DNA from: Alphaproteobacteria bacterium
Lineage (GTDB): Bacteria; Pseudomonadota; Alphaproteobacteria; UBA828
Assembly (NCBI GenBank): GCA_963667785.2
Contig: CAXXMU010000001.1
Location: forward strand, 256,001 to 320,000
Direction of reading: 5' to 3'
DNA: 64,000 bases
Part shown: piece by piece, positions 30,622 through 40,276 of the stretch
Position numbering within the stretch: position 1 is the first letter of the stretch
Layout: each line of letters opens with the position of its first letter
Position numbers and translations under genes: made by a program
The notes under the pieces: model-generated
Databases searched by the model: none
Told to the model about the DNA's origin: nothing
The model's input: the letters and a program-made list of their open reading frames with translations, nothing else

Positions 30622-32319
30622 TCAGTCGAGGTGGGACGTGTCGATCGCCTCGCATCCGGCGAGCGCGGGGAAGAACCGCTGCCCCTCGCTCGCGCCCGCT
30701 CTGGGCGGCTCCGGCGCGGCCAGCTCCTGGGCCGCGAAGAGGCGCGCGACTACCGCCTTGCGGGCATCGCCCGCGGCCCAGTCGATCGCCGCCTCCTCGA
30801 GCAGGAAGGCGCCGGCCAGCCCCCGCGCCATGCAGTCCATCAGCCGGTGGGCCTGACGGGCGGCCTCGGCCTCGTCGCCCTGGACGAGGGCGACCAGCGC
30901 TGCGGTGTCCTGCCTCGCATGCGCGATCAGCCCGCGCGGCCGCTCGAACGCCGCATGATCGGTGACGACGGGCAGGTCGAGCGCGGCGCCGAGCCGCGCG
31001 TCGAACGCCGAGAGCCCCTCCGGCCCGGCGCCGATCAGACGCAGCACCTCCAGCGCCTGGATGTTGGGCGGCCCTTCCCACACGGTCAGCACCTGGGCAT
31101 CGCGGTAGAGTCTGGCCGTCGGGTATTCCTCGGTGTAGCCGTTGCCGCCGAGGATCTCGATCGCCCGGCTGGTCGTCGTGATCGCCCACGCGGCGGTGAG
31201 ATACTTGGCGAGCGCCGTGACGAGGCGCATCCAGGGCTGCGCCGCCGGGTCCTGCTCGGCCGCGTCGAAGGCGCAGGCCGCGGCGAAGGCCAGCGCCACG
31301 CTCGCCTCCAGACGCACCAGCATCTCGACGAGCTGGTCCTGCACCATGGGATAGTCGAGAAGCCGATGACCGAAGGCGCGGCGCGCACCCGCATGGGCGA
31401 GCGCCTCCGCAAAAGCGCGCCGCTGAATGCCGGCCGACGCCATCGCGTTGTGGATGCGGCTGTAGCCGAGCGCCGCCATCATCGTCCTAAGTCCGTGCGG
31501 CGGCGGCGCCACCTCCAGCGCGTGCGCCTCAGCAAGTTCGATCTCGCCGGTGGCGAGGCCGCGGGTGCCGAGCTTCTCCTTCAGCCGCCTGATGCGGTAG
31601 CGGTTGGGCCTGCCGTCGGGAGCCTGCGCCGGCACCAGATAGAGGCCGAGGCCGGCGCCGCCCGGAGCCGCACCCTCCGGCCTCGCCAGCGCGAGCGCGA
31701 GATCGCAGTCGACGTTGCTGGCGAACCACTTGAGCCCGCTGAGCGCGAACCCGCCATTTGTGCCGCGCGCGGTCGTGGCGGTGGCGCCGACATCGCTGCC
31801 GCCCTGCTTCTCGGTGGCCCAGGTGCCGCCGGTCGCGGCGCTGCCGTCCATGCGCACGAGCGCCGGCAAATGAGCCTCCCGCAGGGCCTTGGGCGCGAAG
31901 CGATCCAGCACGTGGGCGACGGCGCCGGTGAGCGTCACCGGGCAGTGGACGGAGATGTCGGCCTGCGAGAGCAGATAGCCCATCGCGAAGGTGAGCGAGA
32001 ACGGGCGCCGGGCGGGGCCGTGGTTGAGCCCCACGATGCCGCGCTCGTAGACCTCGCGGTGAACCGCCGCGTAGAGCGGATTGTGGCGGACCACCGAGCG
32101 GGGGCGGCCGCCGTCGTCCAGCGTCTCCAGAACCGGCGGGGCGAAGCGGTTGGTGTAGTCGGCCTGCCCCTCGACCGTGGTCGCGGCCCAGGCGCCGAAG
32201 TCGTCCAGGCGCTCGGCGTCCGCCTCGGTCAGCCACGGCGTGCTGCGGCGCAGCAGGGCCTGGAGATTCCGGTCCGCCCGGTAGTAGTTGCCGCCGTGAG
32301 CGCCGTTCCTCTCGGTCAT
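30622..32319 (-). CDS. AidB-like acyl-CoA dehydrogenase
   Basis: CPVTLT, TEKQGGSDV, RRLKEKLGTR, GGNGYTEE, WEGPPN; GGAGG SD. Confidence 0.9.
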   Translation of the reverse strand: MTERNGAHGGNYYRADRNLQALLRRSTPWLTEADAERLDDFGAWAATTVEGQADYTNRFAPPVLETLDDGGRPRSVVRHNPLYAAVHREVYERGIVGLNHGPARRPFSLTFAMGYLLSQADISVHCPVTLTGAVAHVLDRFAPKALREAHLPALVRMDGSAATGGTWATEKQGGSDVGATATTARGTNGGFALSGLKWFASNVDCDLALALARPEGAAPGGAGLGLYLVPAQAPDGRPNRYRIRRLKEKLGTRGLATGEIELAEAHALEVAPPPHGLRTMMAALGYSRIHNAMASAGIQRRAFAEALAHAGARRAFGHRLLDYPMVQDQLVEMLVRLEASVALAFAAACAFDAAEQDPAAQPWMRLVTALAKYLTAAWAITTTSRAIEILGGNGYTEEYPTARLYRDAQVLTVWEGPPNIQALEVLRLIGAGPEGLSAFDARLGAALDLPVVTDHAAFERPRGLIAHARQDTAALVALVQGDEAEAARQAHRLMDCMARGLAGAFLLEEAAIDWAAGDARKAVVARLFAAQELAAPEPPRAGASEGQRFFPALAGCEAIDTSHLD

Positions 32320-32438
32320 GCGCGCGCGACCTCCTGGTACGCAGGGGGCGCCTGCGGGGGTATAGTCCGCGATGTTACTCCGATTTGGCAGGCGCACGCC
32401 CGGCCCGTGTGGCGCGGGCGTGCCGGGTGAGGCGGATC

Positions 32439-33212
32439 ATGGCGCGGCTGGCCGGCAAGGTGGCGATCGTGACCGGGGCGACCAGCGGGCTCGGCGCGGC
32501 GGCGGCGGCGCGCATGGCCGGAGAAGGCGCGACGGTGCTGGTGACAGGGCGGGACGAAGGGCGCGGCTGCGCGGTTGCCGAGACCATCGCGGCTGCGGGC
32601 GGCGAGGCCCGGTTCCAGCCGCTCGACGTGACCGACGAGGCCGCCTGGCAGGCGACGGTCGACGGCGTCATGGCGGCGCACGGCCGCCTCGACATCCTCT
32701 TCAACAATGCCGGCACCACCCGTGCCGAGCCGATCGCCGAGGTGACGCTCGAGACCTGGCGGCGGATCATGGCGGTCAACGCCGACGGCGTCTTCCTCGG
32801 CACGCGGAGCGCGATCCCCGCCATGCGGCGCTCGGGCGGCGGCTCCATCATCAACATGTCGTCGGTGCTCGGCCTGGTCGGCACGGCGCATCTCGCCGCC
32901 TACACGGCGTCGAAGGGCGCGGTCCGCTACTTCACCAAGTGCGTGGCGCTCGAATGCGCCCGCGACGGCAGCGGCATCCGCGTCAACTCCATCCACCCCG
33001 CCTTCATCGCCACGCCGATGATGGACGAGACGGCGATCCGCATGTTCGGCGATGCCGAGGCCGGCTTCCGCGAGTTCGGCAAGCTGCACCCGGTGGGCCA
33101 TGTCGGCGAGCCCGACGACGTCGCCAACGGCGTGGTCTATCTGGCCTCGGACGAGGCGAAGTTCGTCACCGGCACCGAGCTGGTGATCGACGGCGGCTAC
33201 ACGGCGGAATAG
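32439..33212 (+). CDS. Short-chain dehydrogenase/reductase (3-alpha,20-beta-HSD/cyclopentanol dehydrogenase-like)
   Basis: TGATSGLG, NNAG, YTASK, IRVNSIHP, IDGG. Confidence 0.95.
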   Translation: MARLAGKVAIVTGATSGLGAAAAARMAGEGATVLVTGRDEGRGCAVAETIAAAGGEARFQPLDVTDEAAWQATVDGVMAAHGRLDILFNNAGTTRAEPIAEVTLETWRRIMAVNADGVFLGTRSAIPAMRRSGGGSIINMSSVLGLVGTAHLAAYTASKGAVRYFTKCVALECARDGSGIRVNSIHPAFIATPMMDETAIRMFGDAEAGFREFGKLHPVGHVGEPDDVANGVVYLASDEAKFVTGTELVIDGGYTAE

Positions 33213-33246
33213 GCGCGCTCGCGCGCCGCTAGCGGAGAGACGAGCC

Positions 33247-34029
33247 ATGGCGGACGACTTCAAGGTGTACTGGCAGCCGGGATGCTCGAGCTGCCTCAGG
33301 GCCAAGGAGTTCCTGGCCGCGCGCGGCATCGCCTACGAATCCATCAACGTTCGCGCGAAGCCGGAGGCGATGGAGGAGCTGGCCGCGCTCGGCGCGCAGT
33401 CGATCCCGGTGGTGGTCCAGGGGCGGCGCTTCGTCTTCGCCCAGGACCTGGGCGATCTCGCGCGTTTCGTCGGCGTCAGGCTGGAGCGGGAGCCGCTGCC
33501 GCCGGCGGAGCTGGTGCAACGGCTCGACCTGATCCTCGCGGCGACGCAGCGCTACCTCGGCCAGTTCCCGGCCGCGGCGCTTGAGGAGGGGCTGCCGGGG
33601 CGGGAGAGGACCATCCTCGACCTCGGCTACCACATCTTCGTGATTCCCGCGGCCTTCCTCGATGCCGCCCGCGGCGCCCGGCTCACCTTCGACTACTTCG
33701 AGCGCACGCCCGGCCCCGACATGCGGAGCGCCGCGCAGGTCTCGGCCTATGGCGAGACCGTGCGCCACGCGCTCCGGGAGTGGTGGGGCAAGGCCGATGC
33801 GGCGCGCCTCGGCACGCTCGACACCTATTACGGCATCCACCCGGCGGAGCGCGTGCTGGAGCGGACCGCGTGGCATGCGGCGCAGCACGCGCGCCAGCTC
33901 ATGGCGCTCCTGGAGCAGCGCGGCATCGCGCCCGACCGCGCTCTCGGCGAGGCCGAGCTCGACGGCCTGCCGCTGCCGGAAGGGGTGTACGACGACGAGG
34001 TCGCGCTCGAAGGCGCCGCCGGCGGCTGA
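33247..34029 (+). CDS. Glutaredoxin-like domain fused to a DinB-like domain
   Basis: YWQPGCSSC, SIPVV; C-terminal LGYH and WHAAQHARQ. Confidence 0.8.
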   Translation: MADDFKVYWQPGCSSCLRAKEFLAARGIAYESINVRAKPEAMEELAALGAQSIPVVVQGRRFVFAQDLGDLARFVGVRLEREPLPPAELVQRLDLILAATQRYLGQFPAAALEEGLPGRERTILDLGYHIFVIPAAFLDAARGARLTFDYFERTPGPDMRSAAQVSAYGETVRHALREWWGKADAARLGTLDTYYGIHPAERVLERTAWHAAQHARQLMALLEQRGIAPDRALGEAELDGLPLPEGVYDDEVALEGAAGG

Positions 34030-34114
34030 GCGGCGCGCGCCGGCCGGCGAGGCACGGGCCCGACGGGTATCCCCGATCGCGACGTTTGACTGCGTTGTTG
34101 AGATGCCCATTTCA

Positions 34115-34209
34115 CGTCATGGCCGGGCTCGTCCCGGCCATCCACGTGTTTGCGTGGCGTTCGACAGGTCTGGCTCAGCGAGATGCCCGGATCAAGTCCG
34201 GGCATGACG
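34115..34209. repeat. Alphaproteobacterial REP-like palindromic element
   Basis: CGTCATGGCCGGGCTCGTCCCGGCCATCC ... GATGCCCGGATCAAGTCCGGGCATGACG: two imperfect palindromes in inverted orientation between convergent genes. Confidence 0.85.
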
Positions 34210-34221
34210 AAGTAGAGTTCG

Positions 34222-34824
34222 CTACCAGCCGCCGGTTTCGAGCCAGCGGTCGATCTGCTCCAGCCGGTCGTGGCCCCAGAACATCTCGTCGCCGACGAAG
34301 ACGGTGGGCGAGCCGAAGACGCCGCGATCGAGCGCCTGATCGTTCTCGACGCGCAGCCGGTCCTTCACCGCCTGGTCCTGCAGCGCCGCCACCAGCGCAT
34401 CGCCGTCGACGCCGAGCGCCTGCGCCGCCTCGACCACGGTCTCGGGCCGGCTCAGGTCGCGGTTCCCGGTGAAGTAGCCGCGGTAGAGCGCCAGCGCGAG
34501 GTCGTGGGCGGCGCCCGCGTCGCTCTCCGCCAGCCAGTAGAAGGCGCGGCAGGCGGCGATGCTGTTGACCGGGAAGTTGTCGGGTACGCTGAAGGCGATG
34601 CCGTGAAGGCGGGCCGAGCGCAGCATGTCGTGGCGCGAGTAGGGCCCCTTCATCGGCTGGTCCACCAGCGGGCTGCCGCCGATCTTCTGGAAGACGGCGC
34701 CGAGCAGGAAGGGCCGCCACGCGACCGTGCGCCCGTGCCGTTCCGCAATGCCGTCGATGCGCTCGGCTGCGAGATAGCCGTAGGGCGAGGAGAAGTCGAA
34801 GTAGAAGTCGATGCTCTCGCTCAT
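34222..34824 (-). CDS. 2-hydroxychromene-2-carboxylate isomerase / DsbA (kappa-GST) family protein
   Basis: DFYFDFSSPYGY, GVFGSP, FWGHDRL. Confidence 0.92.
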   Translation of the reverse strand: MSESIDFYFDFSSPYGYLAAERIDGIAERHGRTVAWRPFLLGAVFQKIGGSPLVDQPMKGPYSRHDMLRSARLHGIAFSVPDNFPVNSIAACRAFYWLAESDAGAAHDLALALYRGYFTGNRDLSRPETVVEAAQALGVDGDALVAALQDQAVKDRLRVENDQALDRGVFGSPTVFVGDEMFWGHDRLEQIDRWLETGGW

Positions 34825-34829
34825 CGCCG

Positions 34830-35981
34830 TCACTCCCGCGCGAGCGCCCGGCTGATGACCAGCCGCTGGACGTCGCTCGTGCCCTCGTAGATCGTGCAGA
34901 CGCGCTGGTCGCGGTAGATGCGCTCCACCGGGAAGTCGCTCAGGTAGCCGTAGCCGCCGAGGGTCTGGATCGCCTTCGAGCAGACCCGCTCCGCCGTCTC
35001 CGAGGCGAAGAGCTTGGCCATGGAGGCTTCCTTCAGGCAGGGCTCGCCGGCATCGCGCAGCCGCGCCGCCTGCAGCGTCAGCAGGCGCGATGCCTCGATC
35101 TCCGTCGCCATGTCGGCGAGCCGGAAGCCCACCGCCTGATGCTCGATCAGCGGCTTGCCGAAGCTCTCCCGCTCCCTGGCATAGGCGAGCGCGGCCTCGT
35201 AGGCGGCCCGCATGGCGCCGGTCGCCTGGGCGGCGACGCCGATGCGCCCGCCCTCGAGGTTGCCGAGCGCGATGGCGTAGCCCTGGCCGGGCTCGCCCAG
35301 CATCAGGTCGGGGGTGAGGCGGACCTCCTCGAAGACGATCTGGCAGGTGTCGTGCGCCCGCTGGCCCATCTTTGTCTCGTGGCTCGCGACCCGGTAGCCG
35401 TCCGTATCGGTCGGCACCAGGAAGCAGCTGATCCCCTTCTTGCCGGCGTCCGGGTCGGTGACGGCGAAGACCATCGCGAGGTCCGCCCTGGAGCCGCTGG
35501 AGACGAACTGCTTGGTGCCGCTCAGGCGGTAGCCGTTGCCGTCCGGCACCGCGCGGGTGCGCAGGTTGGAGGCGTCCGAGCCCGCCTGCGGCTCGGTCAG
35601 GCAGAAGCAGCCGAGCATGTCGCCGCGCGCGAGCGGGCGCAGGAAGCGCTCCTTCTGCGCCTCCGAGCCGGCCTTGAGAATGCCCGCGCAGACGAGCGAG
35701 TTGTTGACGCTCATCGCCGTCGACGTGCCGACGTCGCCGGCCGCGATCTCCTCCATGGCGAGCGCGTAGGCCACGTGGTCGGCACCGGCTCCGTCCCATT
35801 CCGGCGGCACCAGCATGCCCATCAGCCCGAGCCTGCCCATGCGGGAGAGGAGGTCGTCGGGGTAGCCGCCCTCCAGGTCCCACCTGCCGGCATGGGGGGC
35901 GAGCTCGCCCTCGGCGAAGTCGCGCGCCATGTCGCGGACCATCCGCTGCTCGTCGCTGAGGAAGAGGCCGTTCCCTGCCAT
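34830..35981 (-). CDS. Short/branched-chain acyl-CoA dehydrogenase
   Basis: FCLTEPQAGSDA, SFGKPL, ASMAKLFASE, GGYGY, IYEGTSDVQR. Confidence 0.95.
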   Translation of the reverse strand: MAGNGLFLSDEQRMVRDMARDFAEGELAPHAGRWDLEGGYPDDLLSRMGRLGLMGMLVPPEWDGAGADHVAYALAMEEIAAGDVGTSTAMSVNNSLVCAGILKAGSEAQKERFLRPLARGDMLGCFCLTEPQAGSDASNLRTRAVPDGNGYRLSGTKQFVSSGSRADLAMVFAVTDPDAGKKGISCFLVPTDTDGYRVASHETKMGQRAHDTCQIVFEEVRLTPDLMLGEPGQGYAIALGNLEGGRIGVAAQATGAMRAAYEAALAYARERESFGKPLIEHQAVGFRLADMATEIEASRLLTLQAARLRDAGEPCLKEASMAKLFASETAERVCSKAIQTLGGYGYLSDFPVERIYRDQRVCTIYEGTSDVQRLVISRALARE

Positions 35982-35992
35982 GGCGTCTGCTC

Positions 35993-36592
35993 TCAGAGCC
36001 GCTCGTAGGCGGCGTCGACCGGCGTGCAGGCGACGCCGTTGATGGGCAGGATGTCCTGCGGGCAGCAGGAGAACGCCAGCACGATGTCCATCTCCGCCCG
36101 CAGCACCACGTGGTCGCCGGGGCTGGAGACGGTGGGCTCGAAGGAGACCGAGCCGTCGGCGCCCACGGGGATGTTCATCCACATGTTCCAGGGGGACGGC
36201 GTCTCCGCCGACTTGAGCCCGATCGCCGCGAGGCCGGCGTGGAGATTGTCCTCGCAATTGTCGTGATCGTCGCCGGCGCCGAGCAGGATGTAGCGCCAGC
36301 GGTCACAGGCGGCGATCAGCGTGTCGTGGATGCCGGGCGAGGTGTCCTCCACGAGGGTGAGGATCGCGCGCCGCCTGTTGGTGACCATGGTATCGCCGGG
36401 CCGGGGGAAGATGCCGCCGATGGCGACGCGCGAATGCTCCATCGACATGAACTCGGTCATGTCGCCTGCATTGAAGGCCCAGGTATCCACCACCTGGGTG
36501 CCGTGGGTGTTGACGAGCTTGAGCGCCTCGCCCGCGCCGAGCCTGAGCGCGTGGCCGCTTCTCGCCGGTATCGTCTCGCGCCCGCCCGCCAT
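35993..36592 (-). CDS. DUF1989 (urea carboxylase-associated) family protein
   Basis: GTQVVDTW, HDTLIAACD, NCEDN, NMWMNIP, SCCPQD. Confidence 0.9.
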   Translation of the reverse strand: MAGGRETIPARSGHALRLGAGEALKLVNTHGTQVVDTWAFNAGDMTEFMSMEHSRVAIGGIFPRPGDTMVTNRRRAILTLVEDTSPGIHDTLIAACDRWRYILLGAGDDHDNCEDNLHAGLAAIGLKSAETPSPWNMWMNIPVGADGSVSFEPTVSSPGDHVVLRAEMDIVLAFSCCPQDILPINGVACTPVDAAYERL

Positions 36593-36602
36593 GGCGGCGG
36601 CC

Positions 36603-37790
36603 CTAGTGCAGGCGCTCGACGGCGAGCGCCGTGGCCTCGCCGCCGCCGATGCAGAGCGCGGCCGCGCCCTTCTCAAGCCCGTACTTCTCGAGCGCGGCCA
36701 AGAGCGTGATGACGATGCGCGCGCCCGACGCGCCGACCGGATGGCCGAGCGCGCAGGCGCCCCCGTGCACGTTCACCTTCTTGTGGTCGAGGTCGAGATC
36801 GCGCATGGCCGCCATGGCGACCACGGCGAAGGCCTCGTTGATCTCGTAGAGGTCCACGTCGTCCGCGTCCCAGCCGATCTTCTCGAACAGCTTGCGGAGC
36901 GCCGGCCCCGGCGCGGTGGTGAACCAGGCCGGCGCCTGCGCGTGGGTGGCGTGGCCGTGAATGACGGCGACCGGCCTGAGCCCGCGTGCGTCGGCCTCGG
37001 AGCGGCGCATCAGCACCAGCGCCGCGCCGCCGTCCGAGATCGAGCTGGAATTGGCGGCGGTCACCGAGCCGTCCTTGGCGAAGGCGGGCCGGAGCGTCGG
37101 GATCTTGTCGAGGTCGGCCGTCAGCGGCTGCTCGTCCTGGGCGACCACCGTCTCTCCCTTGCGGTGCGTGACCGTGACCGGCGCGACCTCGCCGTCGAAG
37201 GAGCCGTCCTCGATCGCCGTCTTCGCGCGGGTGAGCGAGGTGATGGCGAACTCGTCCTGCTGCTCGCGGGTGAACTGGTAGGTGCGCGCCGTCTCCTCGG
37301 CGAAGTGGCCCATCAGCTTGCCCTTGTCGTAGGCGTCCTCCAGGCCGTCGAGGAACATGTGGTCCTGCACCTTGCCGTGGCCCATGCGGTAGCCGCCGCG
37401 GGCGCGATCCAGCAGGTAGGGCGCGTTGGTCATGCTCTCCATGCCGCCGGCGACGACGATGGCGCCGGAGCCGGCCGCGATCAGGTCGTGGGCGAACATC
37501 GCCGCCTTCATGCCGGAGCCGCACATCTTGTTGATGGTGGTGCAGCCGACATGGTCGGGGATGCCGGCGCCGATGGCGGCCTGGCGCGCCGGCGCCTGGC
37601 CCTGGCCGGCCGAGAGGATGTTGCCCATGATCACCTCGTCGACCTCGTGCGCCTCGACGCCCGCGCGGGAAAGCGCCGCCTCGATCGCCGCAGAGCCGAG
37701 CTCGGGCGCTCGGGCGTCCTTCAGCGCTCCCTGGAATCCGCCCATGGGCGTGCGCGCCATGCCGACGATGACGATCGGATCATCCATCAT
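36603..37790 (-). CDS. Acetyl-CoA C-acyltransferase (thiolase)
   Basis: NKMCGSG, EINEAFA, GHPVGASG, LCIGGG. Confidence 0.96.
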   Translation of the reverse strand: MMDDPIVIVGMARTPMGGFQGALKDARAPELGSAAIEAALSRAGVEAHEVDEVIMGNILSAGQGQAPARQAAIGAGIPDHVGCTTINKMCGSGMKAAMFAHDLIAAGSGAIVVAGGMESMTNAPYLLDRARGGYRMGHGKVQDHMFLDGLEDAYDKGKLMGHFAEETARTYQFTREQQDEFAITSLTRAKTAIEDGSFDGEVAPVTVTHRKGETVVAQDEQPLTADLDKIPTLRPAFAKDGSVTAANSSSISDGGAALVLMRRSEADARGLRPVAVIHGHATHAQAPAWFTTAPGPALRKLFEKIGWDADDVDLYEINEAFAVVAMAAMRDLDLDHKKVNVHGGACALGHPVGASGARIVITLLAALEKYGLEKGAAALCIGGGEATALAVERLH

Positions 37791-37887
37791 GTTCCGTGTT
37801 CTCCCGCGTTCCGTGGGCGCATGCTGCACCGCGGCACATTACATAGTCCCTGCCCTGGCGAATATCCAGCCCGCCCGGTGGCCCGCG

Positions 37888-39198
37888 TCAGACCTGGCCC
37901 TCGGCCGGCTTGTGGGTCAGCGCCACGCTGTTGGGCCTCCCCGGCAGGGAGAGCGCCGTCACCGCCGGCGGGGTACGTGCGACCACCTCGCCGCGGCGGA
38001 TCACCGCGAGCCGCGTCGCCCGCAGCCTGATCGCCTCCAGCGGGTCCGCGGCCTGGAGGACGACCATGTCGGCATGGCAGCCGGGCTCCAGCCCGTAGCC
38101 GTCCAGGTGCATGATCCTGGCGGGGTTCACCGTGATCGCGTCGAAGCAGGCCTTCACCTCGTCCGCCCCGAACATGCCCGCCACGTGCGAGCCCATGTGC
38201 GCGACCTCGAGCATGTCGGCGCTGCCATAGACGTACCACGGGTCCATCATGCAATCCTGGCCGAAGGCCAGCGTGATGCCGGCCTCCCTCAGCTCGGGCA
38301 CGCGCGTTATGCCGCGCCATTTCGGATAGCTGCCGTTGTTGTGTCCCCACGCCGCGATGTTGGTGAGCGGATTGGGAGTCACGCCGATCTCCGACTCCGC
38401 AATCAGCGGAATCAGCTTGCTGACGTAGTAGTTGTCCATGACGTGCATGGAGGCCAGGTGCGACGCCGTCACCCGCCCCTGGAGGCCGAGGCGGTGGGTC
38501 TCCCGGGAGAGCGTCTCGATGTGACGCGACATCGGGTCGTCGGTCTCGTCGCAGTGCATGTCGACGAGCAGCCCGCGCTCTGCGGCAATCTCCAACAGCT
38601 CGGTCACCGACGCGGTGCCGTCGGCCATCGTGCGCTCGAAGTGCGGAATGCCGCCGACCACCTCGACTCCCATGTCGAGCGCCCGCCGCAGGTGGTCCTG
38701 CGCGCCCGGGTAGCGGTAGTAGCCCATCTGCGGGAAGGCGATGAGCTGCAGGTCGATGTAGGGCGCGACCCGGCGCTTGACTTCGAGCAGCGCCTCCACG
38801 CCGGTCAGCCTCTCGTCGCAGACGTCGACATGGCTGCGAATCGCCTGGATTCCCTGGGCGATCGCCATGTCGCAATAGGTCATCGCCCGCTCGGCGACCG
38901 CCTCCGGAGTCAATTGGCGCTTCAGCTCGTCCCACAGATAGATGCCCTCGAAGAGGAGGCCGGACTGGTCGGGGCGCGGCAAGGCGTCGGTCAGAGGGCG
39001 CGCCAGCGTCGCATCCATGTGGAAGTGAGCGTCGATGAAGGGCGGCGTGACCAGCCGGTCCGTGGCGTCGATCTCCTGCCCGGCCTCGGCCTGCAGCGCG
39101 GGCTCCACGGCAACGATGCGCCCGTCCTGCACGCCGATGTCCACGCCGGCTCGTCCATCGGGCAGAGTGGCCCCGCGCACGATCAAGTCCATCGCCAT
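37888..39198 (-). CDS. Cytosine deaminase-like metal-dependent amidohydrolase
   Basis: DAHFHMD, GGIPHFE, HCDE, ASH, GQDCMMDPWY. Confidence 0.9.
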   Translation of the reverse strand: MAMDLIVRGATLPDGRAGVDIGVQDGRIVAVEPALQAEAGQEIDATDRLVTPPFIDAHFHMDATLARPLTDALPRPDQSGLLFEGIYLWDELKRQLTPEAVAERAMTYCDMAIAQGIQAIRSHVDVCDERLTGVEALLEVKRRVAPYIDLQLIAFPQMGYYRYPGAQDHLRRALDMGVEVVGGIPHFERTMADGTASVTELLEIAAERGLLVDMHCDETDDPMSRHIETLSRETHRLGLQGRVTASHLASMHVMDNYYVSKLIPLIAESEIGVTPNPLTNIAAWGHNNGSYPKWRGITRVPELREAGITLAFGQDCMMDPWYVYGSADMLEVAHMGSHVAGMFGADEVKACFDAITVNPARIMHLDGYGLEPGCHADMVVLQAADPLEAIRLRATRLAVIRRGEVVARTPPAVTALSLPGRPNSVALTHKPAEGQV

Positions 39199-39277
39199 GT
39201 CGTCTCTCCCGTTTCTGTTCCGGCCCGTTTCCGCTCTGCCCCGTCTCCCGCCTTGACGCGTAAAGTCCGGCGCCGCT

Positions 39278-40276
39278 CTACGCGTCGCGCCCCAGAAGGC
39301 GGCGGACGATGCGGCGCGCGGCGGCACCAGGCGTGAGCGTGCCTGCCGCGACCTCCGCTTCCAGCGCGTCCACCGCAGGCGCCAGCCGCTCGTCGGCGCG
39401 GAGCGTCGCCATCAGCGTGTCCTCGGCCTCGCGCCAGAGCCAGGCGCGCGCCTGCGCGGCCCGCTTCGCCTCCAGCGCGCCCGCCTGTGAGAGCGTCGCC
39501 CGGTGCCGCTCCACCGCGTTCGCGATCTCGTCGAGGCCGTGGCCCTCCAGCGACGAGCAGGCGATGACGCAGGGGGTCCACGGCCCCTCGCCGGCGTGGA
39601 GCGAGAGCGCGGCCTCGAAGTCCGCCGTGGCGTGGGCGGCAGGGCCCGCCAGCGCGCCGTCGGCCTTGGTGACGACGACGATGTCGGCGCGCTCCACGAC
39701 GCCGCGCTTGATCCCCTGCAGCTCGTCGCCGGCGCCCGGCTGCACCAGCAGCATGGTGAGGTCCACCATGTCGGCGACGGCGGCCTCGGACTGGCCGACG
39801 CCGACGGTCTCCACCATCACCAGGTCGAAGCCCGCCGCCTCGCAGGCGAGCATCACGTCGCGCGTGCGCCGTGCGACGCCGCCGAGCGTGCCGCCGGCGG
39901 GCGAGGCGCGGATGAAGCTCTGCTCGCTCCGGGCGAGCTCCGGCATGCGCGTCTTGTCGCCGAGGATCGAGCCGCCCGAGCGCGTGCTGGAGGGGTCGAT
40001 CGCGAGCACGGCAAGCCGGCGGCCGGCCGCGATCTGCCGGGTGCCGAAGGCCTCGATGAAGGTCGACTTGCCCACCCCCGGCGCGCCCGAGATGCCGAGC
40101 CTGACGGCCTTGCCGGAATGCGGCAGCAACGCCTGGAGCAGCGCCTCGGCCTCGGCGCGATCGGCCTCCCTGGTCGATTCGAGGAGGGTGATCGCCGCCG
40201 CGAGCGCCCGCCGGTCGCCCGCGAGAACCGCGTCGGCCGACGGCGCACGGTCGGCGGTGCCCTTGCTGCCCGTCAT
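39278..40276 (-). CDS. meaB: Methylmalonyl-CoA mutase-associated GTPase MeaB
   Basis: GAPGVGKST, DPSS..SGGSILGDKTRM, ETVGVGQSE, GDELQGIK. Confidence 0.96.
   Translation of the reverse strand: MTGSKGTADRAPSADAVLAGDRRALAAAITLLESTREADRAEAEALLQALLPHSGKAVRLGISGAPGVGKSTFIEAFGTRQIAAGRRLAVLAIDPSSTRSGGSILGDKTRMPELARSEQSFIRASPAGGTLGGVARRTRDVMLACEAAGFDLVMVETVGVGQSEAAVADMVDLTMLLVQPGAGDELQGIKRGVVERADIVVVTKADGALAGPAAHATADFEAALSLHAGEGPWTPCVIACSSLEGHGLDEIANAVERHRATLSQAGALEAKRAAQARAWLWREAEDTLMATLRADERLAPAVDALEAEVAAGTLTPGAAARRIVRRLLGRDA

Noticed and set aside
37888-39198. Amidohydrolase as the missing enamidase
   Set aside because: Its motifs (HCDE, GQD..DPWY, GGIPHFE) match the cytosine deaminase clade, and it lies more than 7 kb from the operon.
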